From a virus (lineage: Duplodnaviria > Heunggongvirae > Uroviricota > Caudoviricetes): DNA of 37,359 nucleotides. The first letter of the stretch is position 1; every line of letters begins with the position of its first letter. A program made the position numbers and the translations under genes. The stretch lies in the IMG/VR virus record IMGVR_UViG_2654587746_000004, positions 1 through 37,359 of that record; one strand, 5' to 3'. Under the pieces are notes generated by a model. That model searched no databases, was not told the origin of the DNA, and saw only the letters and a list, made by a program, of their open reading frames with translations. Shown one piece after another: positions 37,159 through 37,359 of the stretch.

Positions 37159-37359
37159 ATGCAACACGAACTACAGCCTGATTCACTGGTTGATTTGAAA
37201 TTCATCATGGCTGATACTGGCTTTGGTAAAACCTTCATCTATGACCGGATTAAGTCCGGCGACCTGCCTAAAGCCAAAGTTATCCACGGGCGAGCAAGAT
37301 GGTTATATCGTGACCATTGTGAATTCAAAAATAAGCTCTTAAGCCGCGCCAATGGGTAA
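37159..37359 (+). CDS. xis: AlpA-family excisionase / transcriptional regulator
   Basis: 66-aa product ..LVDLKFIMADTGFGKTFIYDRIKSGDLPKAKVIHGRARWLYRDHCEF.. typical of AlpA/Xis winged-helix proteins; directly precedes int across the window junction. Confidence 0.8.
   Translation: MQHELQPDSLVDLKFIMADTGFGKTFIYDRIKSGDLPKAKVIHGRARWLYRDHCEFKNKLLSRANG

Noticed and set aside
1-37359. CRISPR arrays, IS elements/transposases, host flanking genes
   Set aside because: No regularly spaced direct repeats, no transposase-like ORFs with terminal inverted repeats, and no non-phage housekeeping genes were seen; the whole window is phage-derived.

Overview
The window reads as one complete, circularly permuted genome of a temperate mosaic lambdoid podovirus of the P22/Sf6 type; an enterobacterial host is inferred. 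It opens at the ATG of a P4-type tyrosine integrase and ends at the stop codon of an AlpA-like excisionase, so no host flank is visible. All identifications are from reading the translations and DNA motifs by eye and from remembered family sequences; no database search was run. Layout: int (+), an AT-rich Oac-like O-antigen acyltransferase and a tailspike (-), the immI region (ant, arc, Omnt/Oarc, mnt), then on the minus strand the virion genes from ejection proteins back to small terminase, lambda-like Rz/Rz1-R-S lysis genes, pR'/6S/tR', Q, a nin region, a primase-helicase, an O-like initiator with iterons, cII, nutR and cro. On the plus strand lie c2, OL/pL, nutL, N, ral, cIII-like, erf, an SSB-like protein, abc2, several unknowns and xis. 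The strongest candidate for something undescribed is a low-GC two-gene module encoding two signal-peptide proteins, translationally coupled to mnt in the slot where P22 carries sieA. Secondary candidates are an AT-rich moron before xis, a 26-codon hydrophobic ORF wrapped around the tR2-like terminator, and a plus-strand terminator antisense to the late leader between Q and S. No CRISPR array, intact tRNA gene or IS element was seen.
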